Source: Minisyncoccota bacterium (lineage in GTDB: Bacteria > Patescibacteriota > Minisyncoccia > Phycocordibacterales > UBA9973). From it: DNA of 64,000 bases. The notes beneath the pieces were generated by a model. The model searched no databases and was not told the DNA's origin. It worked only from the letters and a program-made list of their open reading frames with translations. Position numbers and translations under genes: made by a program. How positions within the stretch are numbered: position 1 is the stretch's first letter; the number at the start of each line of letters is the position of its first letter. Location: contig DASWWS010000002.1 in the NCBI GenBank assembly GCA_036405895.1, positions 124,029-188,028 on the forward strand, in the 5' to 3' direction. This document shows positions 1 to 6,622 of the stretch, piece by piece.

Positions 1-207
1 GCTCTTTCCGCGCAAAGACGCATTCATGTCCATCATCATAGTTGCCATGTCTGAGCCGTCATTGTGCATCATAGTGCCGTCGGGCATCCTATGCTGCCCC
101 TGGTTAACGGCCAAAGATGCAGTATCCCCGCCCCAGATAATAAATCCTGCGAATACGCCGATAATAAGAGCTCCAAGTGCGCTGAATAGTGTTGTATGAT
201 TTTGCAT
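1..207 (-). CDS. Partial small membrane-anchored protein with a Met-rich tail (MQNHTTLFSALGALIIGVFAGFIIWGG...HNDGSDMATMMMDM...). Its C-terminus runs off the window edge.
   Basis: Translated by hand from the minus strand, ATG at 207-205. One TM helix, then an Asp/Met-rich segment reminiscent of Met-rich copper-binding motifs. Too short for the ORF track because it is truncated by the window edge. Confidence 0.3.
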   Translation of the reverse strand, partial: MQNHTTLFSALGALIIGVFAGFIIWGGDTASLAVNQGQHRMPDGTMMHNDGSDMATMMMDMNASLRGKS

Positions 208-248
208 ATTTTTAGAAGTTAAATAAATAATAAAAGAGCTTTTAAGGA

Positions 249-626
249 CTATGGCGCCTTGGGGTGAAGAATGCCTTGAGAAAAAAGGGTTGTTATGAAA
301 TTTTCACGACATGGCCTCGCATAGTAGCGATTCCTCGCAAGGTTCGGTGGATGAAGCAGTATGAAAAAGGAGACAAAAAAGAGTGGAACAAGAAGAAGCA
401 CTAGCTCCCCAACGGTTCCCGTTATAAGGTTTTTCCATGACACGACATGCTCCGTAAAATTCATTGCACAAAGAGAATGCTGTCCAACCATGAAGGGGCA
501 GTTACTCATGGAGCCCGTTGAGTGCTGATGGAGATATCCCGTAGCAAGAAGGCCGAATACGGCAAGGAATACATACCCTGCCAGAGCGAACGGTGCGACT
601 GTTTGCCTTAAAGCGTTCATATTCAA
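249..626 (-). CDS. hypothetical membrane protein
   Basis: ORF-track 125 aa with two hydrophobic segments. No recognisable family. Confidence 0.35.
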   Translation of the reverse strand: MNMNALRQTVAPFALAGYVFLAVFGLLATGYLHQHSTGSMSNCPFMVGQHSLCAMNFTEHVVSWKNLITGTVGELVLLLVPLFFVSFFILLHPPNLARNRYYARPCRENFITTLFSQGILHPKAP

Positions 627-657
627 ATTGTATCAGAAAAAAGAGTGTTTTCTTCAG

Positions 658-1110
658 TTACCACGCCGGATTCATATTTACTCCGAAACAAGACCAATAC
701 GGTGCATTGCTGTTGCACCCGGTATTTGGTTTTCCTTCAAAGTGCACGAACACCACATATCCTTGGCGATCTACCGTTGTCGCATATTGCATGCCGCAAT
801 TGGTTCCTAAAGGATCTACAGGATATGTAGGCAGGAGATTATTGGTCACCAGCGACTGCATAAAGTTATTATTAACAACCGTATACCCTTCGGTTCCCAC
901 ACATTCGTTTTCAGTGATGGGAGGATATGCGCCGTAGGTGTCATAATAGAACTCAAGCGCCGTCTGGATCTGCTTCATATCGGCGAGACGCCTTGTGTCC
1001 CGTGCTTTCACTCGAGCACTGTTGAGGCTCGCCATCACAACGGATGCCAAAATACCGATCACTGCGATGACTACAAGAAGTTCAATAAGAGTGAGCCCGC
1101 GGTTTTTCAC
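658..1110 (-). CDS. type IV pilin / pseudopilin with prepilin N-terminal cleavage-methylation motif
   Basis: N-terminus MKNRGLTLIELLVVIAVIGILASVV, the class III signal G/LTLIEL. Paralogous to the ORFs at 16537, 17000 and 17546. Confidence 0.8.
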   Translation of the reverse strand: MKNRGLTLIELLVVIAVIGILASVVMASLNSARVKARDTRRLADMKQIQTALEFYYDTYGAYPPITENECVGTEGYTVVNNNFMQSLVTNNLLPTYPVDPLGTNCGMQYATTVDRQGYVVFVHFEGKPNTGCNSNAPYWSCFGVNMNPAW

Positions 1111-1156
1111 AAAAGCAGTATACCGCAGCTTTGGGGGTTGTGGCAGTTTAGAGCCT

Positions 1157-1777
1157 TTATTCAGCAGGAGTGAAGAAGTAAACCGTTTTAAACATTACAA
1201 GTTCTTCATACATTTCATTTTCTACAACGTATTCTTTTCCAAACTGGTTTAGTTCGCTTAAATCAAAATTCTTTGGTATTTGCATTACGACTTTTTCAAA
1301 ATGTTTAAATGCAAGATCAAGTATTTCCTTTCCGGAAGGACTAAAATCTTCGAGAGTAAATTTCTCTTTTTGAGAATAATCAGGTCCGCCCCACGGTGGG
1401 GCTATGAACACTGCTTCCGCCTGAAGCTTTGGGGCTTCTTGGAAGTAGTCGCCAGTGATAAAAGTTACCTTGTCTTCAAGGCCATACACTCTAAGATTGT
1501 TTTTTGCCATTTCAATTCTTTGAGAATCAATTTCGATAGCATAGACATGCTCTGCGTGCTTTGCAAAACCGATTGTATTCCCTCCTATTCCGCAAAAGCC
1601 ATCTACTACAGTTCGAGCTCCGGTCTTTCGAGCATTCTTATCCGCAATATCTTCCGGTCCTACAGAATACAACCCTTCAATATCCGTCTGAATCCCCTCG
1701 TCAAATTTACTGAACTTGTTATATCTTCTGTCCCAGTATTTTTGATATTTTTCTCCAAAAGGATTTTCCTGTTTCAT
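1157..1777 (-). CDS. TGS1-like RNA cap guanine-N2 methyltransferase family protein (SAM-dependent)
   Basis: Motifs VVDGFCGIGGNTIGFA and IAPPWGGPDY match the TGS1/PF09445 signature. The ORF-track start at 1861 (MPPQAIY...) lies inside a repeated promoter-like element, so the internal Met (MKQENPFGEKY) is the more likely start. Confidence 0.6.
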   Translation of the reverse strand: MKQENPFGEKYQKYWDRRYNKFSKFDEGIQTDIEGLYSVGPEDIADKNARKTGARTVVDGFCGIGGNTIGFAKHAEHVYAIEIDSQRIEMAKNNLRVYGLEDKVTFITGDYFQEAPKLQAEAVFIAPPWGGPDYSQKEKFTLEDFSPSGKEILDLAFKHFEKVVMQIPKNFDLSELNQFGKEYVVENEMYEELVMFKTVYFFTPAE

Positions 1778-1812
1778 ATGTATAGTATACCAAAAGAGTT
1801 TGCGGAGTTTCG

Positions 1813-1950
1813 GTTTATAGTCGCTGTCGTTAAGAGACGAATAAATCGCTTGCGGAGGCATTATGTAGTCGCTAACGCTTCTTATAATGCACTGCGCAAA
1901 ATATGGTCGTATCTTCGATACTCCCTATTTTGCGGGCGTTGTGGCAGGAT
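1813..1950. repeat. 135-bp intergenic repeat, copy 1. About 90% identical to 3366-3500.
   Basis: Direct alignment of ...cgcttgcggaggcattat(g/a)tagtcgct(a/g)acgct(t/c)cttataatgcactgcgcaaaatatggtcg... It contains an 8-bp inverted repeat GCATTATA/TATAATGC and TATA(A)T boxes. At its distal end it carries a tRNA-3'-end-like core GCGGGCGTTGTGGCAGG. Confidence 0.8.
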
Positions 1951-1970
1951 GTTGGAACTTATTTAAGCAA

Positions 1971-2447
1971 CTACTCTTCTTTAAATATTCTAGAGTAATC
2001 AGACAACCCGGTATCTTTTAAGTCTTCTTCGATTAAATTCTTCGCTAAATCAAAATTTACAACAAAGCATAAAACTTCCATCGTACCACCCCCAATACTT
2101 CCTCCGTCACAATGACCCAAACCTCTCCATCCGAGAAATTCATTCATCCTACTTTCCAGATTGTGTCGCTTAGTCAAATCATTTTCTGATTCTATTTCAT
2201 CAACCTTGTATTCAATAACAAGCCTTTCTAAAAGTTCATCTGCTACTTCAGTATATCCCTCAATTATTTTCTGATCGTATTCTTTTTGAACTTCTTTTTT
2301 AAAACTTGAGAATATTCCTGAGCTGATTTCTCTCGATTGACCTTCTTCGCCAACCTTACCCCAATGAATAATTCCTGCTCTACCGCTTTTATCCCAAGTT
2401 TCCCAATAGAGTAAGCCGTCTCCAGTTTCTTTATATAGTTTTTCCAT
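1971..2447 (-). CDS. WGR-domain protein
   Basis: N-terminal LLYWETWDKSGRAGIIHWGKVGEEGQSREI...F.S...A...Y.QKIIEGY matches the WGR (W-G-R/K-x-G-x-x-GQ) pattern. The C-terminal ~90 aa has no known family. Confidence 0.55.
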   Translation of the reverse strand: MEKLYKETGDGLLYWETWDKSGRAGIIHWGKVGEEGQSREISSGIFSSFKKEVQKEYDQKIIEGYTEVADELLERLVIEYKVDEIESENDLTKRHNLESRMNEFLGWRGLGHCDGGSIGGGTMEVLCFVVNFDLAKNLIEEDLKDTGLSDYSRIFKEE

Positions 2448-2454
2448 GACAAAA

Positions 2455-2510
2455 TTATATCACGGTATAGCTGCGGGCGTTGTGGCAGAAGTTAGAATCT
2501 TTTTAATCAA
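2455..2510. repeat. Partial copy of the intergenic repeat and tRNA-3'-end-like core (GCTGCGGGCGTTGTGGCAGAAG)
   Basis: Shares CTGCCACAACGCCCGCA with the distal end of repeat copy 1. Confidence 0.6.
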
Positions 2511-2531
2511 TTCCAAATTCTAATAACCTTT

Positions 2532-3335
2532 CTATTTAAAAACCGTATCAATCTCTTTCACCAACCAGCTTCCGAGATTCTCTAGAGTATCCACTATTGT
2601 ATTTTTGTCAGAAGTTGGATTAACGGCAAGCTCTAACGCTTTGTACATTTCTTCCTTTTTCTCTGGATAGTATTTTGAGAATTCTTCATAACAAGGATAG
2701 AGGTCGCGTGTGTATTTCTGGGACCGTTCCATCACAAGCTCAAACCCTGAACGTATAATACGCTTCATAATCCAAGTACATCGACGCTTTATCTCTTCTT
2801 CACTACGCTCTTCTTGCAACCACTCTTTCGTCTTATTGATTTCTCGTTCGATGCCTTCAAAATGTTGAGCTGTATCTACGCCCGGCTTTAGAGCCGGAAG
2901 AGTACTAAAAAGATTGTTACCGTACACGCAGATACTTTGGGTCTTGATCATTATTCGATCCCCTTTCGAGTCTGGTATCTCTTCAAGTGGTACGACGCCT
3001 ATTTCTACTCCGACTATAAATGGAAATTGTTTCTTTACTTTTTCTACAAAATCTTTTGACCATTGGATATCAACGTCATCGTATGACACTGTAACAACAG
3101 CGAAACTGTCTATGTCGGAGATGTTGTTTATCGCTTGCCCCTTCGCTACCGAACCTCTTATATAGACACTGTGCAAATGTTCACCAAGGTGTTTTTGATA
3201 TGCATCTTTGACCATTTCAACCGCGGGCATCCATGCCGCCTGAATCTTTTCTGGTGATGTAGTATTGACGATAAAACCATCGGTATCAGTTTGCAAAAAT
3301 GATCCAATGGCTTGTACTTCGTTTTTCATGTCCAA
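2532..3335 (-). CDS. Nucleotidyltransferase of the aminoglycoside-adenylyltransferase (ANT/AadA-like, NTase + DUF4111-like) family
   Basis: YIRGSVAKGQAINNISDIDSFAVV matches the GS-x9-DxD Pol-beta-superfamily NTase motif. Size and C-terminal helical domain resemble AadA/ANT(9). No experimental basis for the substrate. Confidence 0.65.
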   Translation of the reverse strand: MDMKNEVQAIGSFLQTDTDGFIVNTTSPEKIQAAWMPAVEMVKDAYQKHLGEHLHSVYIRGSVAKGQAINNISDIDSFAVVTVSYDDVDIQWSKDFVEKVKKQFPFIVGVEIGVVPLEEIPDSKGDRIMIKTQSICVYGNNLFSTLPALKPGVDTAQHFEGIEREINKTKEWLQEERSEEEIKRRCTWIMKRIIRSGFELVMERSQKYTRDLYPCYEEFSKYYPEKKEEMYKALELAVNPTSDKNTIVDTLENLGSWLVKEIDTVFK

Positions 3336-3365
3336 ATTGTATCATGGGAAAGCTGCGGAGGTGGG

Positions 3366-3500
3366 TTTATAGTCGCTCTCGCTAAAAACAGAGTGGGTCG
3401 CTTGCGGAGGCATTATATAGTCGCTGACGCTCCTTATAATGCACTGCGCAAAATATGGTCGCACCTACGGTGCTTCCTATTTTGCGGAGGATGTGAGACG
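3366..3500. repeat. 135-bp intergenic repeat, copy 2, upstream of the NTase gene. It ends in a 15-nt copy of the 3' end of the adjacent tRNA (3484-3498).
   Basis: Aligned to 1813-1950. The distal core gcggaggatgtgaga is identical to the reverse complement of the tRNA 3' end at 3694-3708. Confidence 0.8.
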
Positions 3501-3693
3501 CTGAGCTATTCGCCCGCGAGTCTTTGTTTGATCAGTCACCAAACAAAGCTCTGGGCACCGGCTCAGTAGATTCTTCTGCTGAAGAATCATACTTCCGCCG
3601 TTCTCATCTCAACGTAAACCAAAGCAGTTTGGTTTACTCATCCTCCGCGAATAAAAATGGCCCAGATTTCTCTGGGACGCATTTTTATACTCG
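3501..3693. ncRNA. Structured ~190-nt tRNA-associated module A. It consists of a closing stem, three internal hairpins and a bidirectional terminator hairpin.
   Basis: Homologous to 4399-4579. Its hairpins covary with the second copy: GATTCTTC-TGCT-GAAGAATC vs GATTTCTT-TGCTA-AGAAATC, and GTAAACCAAA-GCAG-TTTGGTTTAC vs GCAATGCA-GTT-TGCATTGC. The terminator inner stem reads CCCAGA..TCTGGG here and CCGACC..GGTCGG in the other copy. The two ends are complementary: GCGGAGGATG..CATCCTCCGC. Confidence 0.5.
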
Positions 3694-3779
3694 CGGAGGA
3701 TGTGAGATTCGAACTCACGGGCCTTTAAGGGGCCGACGGTTTAGTAAACCGTTGATTTAAACCACTCATCCAATCCTCC
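3694..3779 (-). tRNA. Type-II (long variable arm) tRNA, Ser-like. The apparent anticodon is ACU, which is unusual.
   Basis: Hand-folded: acceptor GGAGGAT/ATCCTCC, T-arm GTGAG-TTCGAAT-CTCAC, variable arm GGCC-CCTTAAA-GGCC, anticodon stem ACGGT/ACCGT with loop TTACTAA. Discriminator G. No encoded CCA. Confidence 0.65.
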
Positions 3780-3833
3780 AGGACACCAATAAGTGTTTTG
3801 ATATCCTACCATACTCGCCTAAATAGAAAAGAA

Positions 3834-3868
3834 AACAGCCTAACGAGGACCGTCCTCGTTAGGCTGTT
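3834..3868. terminator. GGACNGTCC-core palindromic hairpin (AACAGCCTAACGAGGACCGTCCTCGTTAGGCTGTT) followed by TTTTT
   Basis: Perfect inverted repeat with a T-run. Member of a dispersed family listed in findings. Confidence 0.75.
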
Positions 3869-3880
3869 TTTAAGTACGTA

Positions 3881-4312
3881 TTAGTACTGAGGCTGAGGCT
3901 CGTGCTTCATCAAGCGCATCAGGTGCGAAAGCGAGTATCGGCCGGGACCCTGCACCAAAAGCGGGATGAGGGCTGCAATGAATACGAGGTTCACTTCCCA
4001 TCCGCCGAGGAATTCCATGTTCATCAAATTCTTTACAACAAATGCAGCAACAATCATGACAATAATAAGGAGGAATGAAACAATCTCGGTTCCAATACCC
4101 ACAATGAGCGCCAGACCGCCGATTGTTTCAACAAGCGTCACAATCCATGCCATGAGTCCCGCAAGCGGGAATCCCCATGCAACGAAGCCTTCCGTTACCG
4201 CCTCAATCCCCATGTTGAACTTCTGCAAGCCATGAAGGAAGAAAGCAATACCGACAATAATGCGGACAATCAACAGCGCTGTATTTATTTTGCCTTTGAA
4301 TATATTTCTCAT
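3881..4312 (-). CDS. DoxX-family integral membrane protein
   Basis: 143 aa with four predicted TM helices. LHGLQKF...GG motif typical of DoxX. Confidence 0.6.
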   Translation of the reverse strand: MRNIFKGKINTALLIVRIIVGIAFFLHGLQKFNMGIEAVTEGFVAWGFPLAGLMAWIVTLVETIGGLALIVGIGTEIVSFLLIIVMIVAAFVVKNLMNMEFLGGWEVNLVFIAALIPLLVQGPGRYSLSHLMRLMKHEPQPQY

Positions 4313-4345
4313 GTACTAAAGTGTATCACTGATAGGTATAACAGA

Positions 4346-4376
4346 AAACTAGCAAGGACGGTCCTTGCTAGTTTTT
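4346..4376. terminator. GGACGGTCC-core palindromic hairpin (CTAGCAAGGACGGTCCTTGCTAG) flanked by A/T runs
   Basis: Inverted repeat seen directly. Confidence 0.7.
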
Positions 4377-4398
4377 TATTTTTGCGGAGACGGCGAGA

Positions 4399-4579
4399 AT
4401 TTCTCCCTCGCCTCTCGTTGTGTCAGACACACTTCCTCGGGCTGGTCACCAGCTCAGTAGATTTCTTTGCTAAGAAATCATACTTCCGCTGTTCGAATCT
4501 CACCCGCAATGCAGTTTGCATTGCTCGTCTCCGCGAATAAAAATGGCCCGACATTAGGTCGGACTCATTTTTATACTCG
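4399..4579. ncRNA. Structured tRNA-associated module B, homologous to 3501-3693. It is bounded by a 15-nt copy of the tRNA-Ser 3' end at 4384-4398.
   Basis: See module A. Closing stem GCGGAGACG...CGTCTCCGC. Minus-strand T-arm-like GCGAG-GGAGAAATT-CTCGC. Terminator hairpin at 4531-4582. Confidence 0.5.
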
Positions 4580-4664
4580 CGGAGACGGCGAGATTCGAAC
4601 TCGCGAGGCTGTGACACCTGCCTCCTTAGCAAGGAGGTACAATCGACCACTCTGACACGTCTCC
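4580..4664 (-). tRNA. tRNA-Ser(GCU)
   Basis: Hand-folded: acceptor GGAGACG/CGTCTCC, anticodon stem CCTCC/GGAGG with loop TTGCTAA (anticodon GCT), long variable arm, T-arm GCGAG-TTCGAAT-CTCGC. Confidence 0.85.
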
Positions 4665-4725
4665 AGTACCGCCACTGTATCATGAAAATACAGTTTTTTA
4701 AAGACTACCCTGCTATACTCTATAC

Positions 4726-5025
4726 ATGACCACTACACACAAAGTACTTGTTGGAATTCTTATCATTATTGTTATTGCGCTTCTTGCGCGCTACGTTGTT
4801 TTTAAAGAAAAGTTCGATGAATGGGGTGCAGGACTCCAGCGTATTGAAGACTGGCAGACTGAGTACAAGCAAAAGAACCCAAATGCTTCCAAAGAAGAAA
4901 TGGATGCTGCATTTGAAGCTGGCATGGACAACATCACTGAGTGGAAAGCAGAGTATAAGCGCGATAATCCAGGCGCGACAGATGCCGAGGCGGATGCTGC
5001 ATTTTCCGCAATGTGGAATAACTAA
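4726..5025 (+). CDS. Small membrane-anchored protein with an internal ~28-aa duplication
   Basis: One N-terminal TM helix. Repeats EDWQTEYKQKNPNASKEEMDAAFEAGM and TEWKAEYKRDNPGATDAEADAAFSAMW. Confidence 0.45.
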   Translation: MTTTHKVLVGILIIIVIALLARYVVFKEKFDEWGAGLQRIEDWQTEYKQKNPNASKEEMDAAFEAGMDNITEWKAEYKRDNPGATDAEADAAFSAMWNN

Positions 5026-5041
5026 TTCTATTTACTGATAT

Positions 5042-5626
5042 ATGCAACCAACCGGAAAAATTCGACTTGAGGCATTCAGCGACGGAGTATTCGCTATTGC
5101 CATCACGCTCCTTGCGCTCGAGCTCCATGTCCCCGCCTTTCTTGGGACCACTTTCTTAGGTTCTCTCCACGAACTCATCCCACTGATTCCTTCAATGCTC
5201 ACCTTTGTACTCTCATTTATCACCATTGCAATCTTTTGGGTCAATCACCACCAGCTCACCCAAAACTTTAGCACCATCACCAAGCGGCGCATTCTTTGGT
5301 CAAATATCCTCTTTCTCCTCTTCTTAACCCTCATCCCCTTTGTTACCGCTGCCGTAAGCATCAGCCCGACTGCGCCCTTAGCAGTATTCTTCTACAGTTT
5401 AGTATTGCTTGGTTCATCGCTCTCCTTCACCCTTATGCGCTATTTTGTGCACAAAGGCTGCGGCCAAAGCCATATCCCCATGACCCGTAGCCTCATTGGA
5501 CCAATCGTGTACCTCCTTGCGGTTATTGCTTCGATTTTTTCAGTCTGGATTGCCTATTTTCTCCTTGCTATCCCGGCATTATTCTATTTCCTCCCAAAAG
5601 GGAGCCTCAAAGAGACAGATGAGTAG
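5042..5626 (+). CDS. TMEM175/DUF1211-family putative potassium channel
   Basis: Starts RLEAFSDGVFAIAITLLALE, the family signature, with six predicted TM helices. Confidence 0.7.
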   Translation: MQPTGKIRLEAFSDGVFAIAITLLALELHVPAFLGTTFLGSLHELIPLIPSMLTFVLSFITIAIFWVNHHQLTQNFSTITKRRILWSNILFLLFLTLIPFVTAAVSISPTAPLAVFFYSLVLLGSSLSFTLMRYFVHKGCGQSHIPMTRSLIGPIVYLLAVIASIFSVWIAYFLLAIPALFYFLPKGSLKETDE

Positions 5627-5727
5627 TCCCCATATCTATTTTTACTCAGTCGTGTTATAGTGGAAAAGTTGTAATGTGCTCCTTTGTTAAAGGTCCGTTG
5701 CAAAATAATAGTAAGTAACAACCAATA

Positions 5728-6027
5728 ATGAACAATAAAGTATTCGTCGGTAGCCTCTCATTCAATACCGACCAGAATGGATTAGCAGCATACTTCGCTT
5801 CAGTCGGCACTGTAACAAGTGCAAACATCATCACTGATAAGATGACTGGACGCAGCAAAGGTTTCGGCTTCGTAGAATTTTCTTCTGACGCTGAAGCTCA
5901 GGCTGCTGTTGATAAACTCAACAACACTGAACTCGACGGCCGCACACTTTTCGTTGACCTTGCACAGCCTCGCGCTGACAAGCCAGCAGGTGGCAACCGC
6001 GAGCGCACTGGTGGCTACAACCACTAA
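5728..6027 (+). CDS. RRM-type RNA-binding protein (glycine-rich C-terminus)
   Basis: RNP-2 VFVGSL and RNP-1 KGFGFVEF motifs. Confidence 0.85.
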   Translation: MNNKVFVGSLSFNTDQNGLAAYFASVGTVTSANIITDKMTGRSKGFGFVEFSSDAEAQAAVDKLNNTELDGRTLFVDLAQPRADKPAGGNRERTGGYNH

Positions 6028-6034
6028 TCCTCCA

Positions 6035-6062
6035 AAAAACCAGTCTTCGGACTGGTTTTTTG
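6035..6062 (+). terminator. Intrinsic terminator AAAAAACCAGTCTTCGGACTGGTTTTTT
   Basis: GC hairpin plus T-run immediately after the RRM gene. Confidence 0.8.
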
Positions 6063-6118
6063 TTTGCACAGGTTTTTCTATTATTTTCCTTCCCTTGCCG
6101 TGATACACTACTTATACA

Positions 6119-6600
6119 TGAATCGACACATCATCAAAAACACGCTCTTTGCACTGGTCAGTATCATTTTTCTTCTCAGCGCTATAGGAAAGTTTGCCGA
6201 CCGCGAGGCAATTGTCGAACTCTTTGCCAATGCTGGCATGGCAGACTATCTTATCCGCTTTGCAGTGATACAGCTGATTATTGTTGCGTGCCTGTGGTAC
6301 AAGCCGCTTCGCAGTCTTGGGGTATTGGTTGCAAGCGCATTCCTCGGAGGGGTGATTGTCATGATGATTAACACAGACTGCAGCCCTCTCTCGGCAGGAC
6401 TCACACTTATCATGCTGTGGATCGCGTACAAGCTTGAATGGTGGGGATACTGGAATCACTACACTGACACCTGTTCCTGCGGGTGGTGCAAGCTCCATGG
6501 AAAAGGGAAGGGCAAAAAAGCCGTCTGCCCCAATCCAAAAGACGAATGCGACTGCGGCAACCACTGTAAATGCCCCAAGGGCAAGTGCACCTGTTCGTAA
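6119..6600 (+). CDS. DoxX-like 4-TM membrane protein fused to a C-terminal Cys-rich metallothionein-like tail
   Basis: The internal start MNRHIIKNTLF is preferred because the terminator ends at 6062. The tail CSCGWCKLHGKGKGKKAVCPNPKDECDCGNHCKCPKGKCTCS has 10 Cys in 42 aa. Confidence 0.5.
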
Positions 6601-6622
6601 TTGTGCGCTACAATAAAAGAAT

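Noticed and set aside
1778-1861. N-terminal extension MPPQAIYSSLNDSDYKPK of the TGS1-like methyltransferase ORF
   Set aside because: This segment lies inside the 135-bp repeat. The second repeat copy has the same ATGCCTCCGCAAGCG but hits a stop after 23 codons, so the conservation is at the nucleotide level and not coding.
3312-3760. ORF-track plus-strand ORFs 3312..3569, 3524..3760 and 4467..4655, whose peptides end in similar sequences
   Set aside because: They run through the repeated intergenic modules and the antisense of the tRNA genes. Their similarity comes from nucleotide repeats, not protein conservation.
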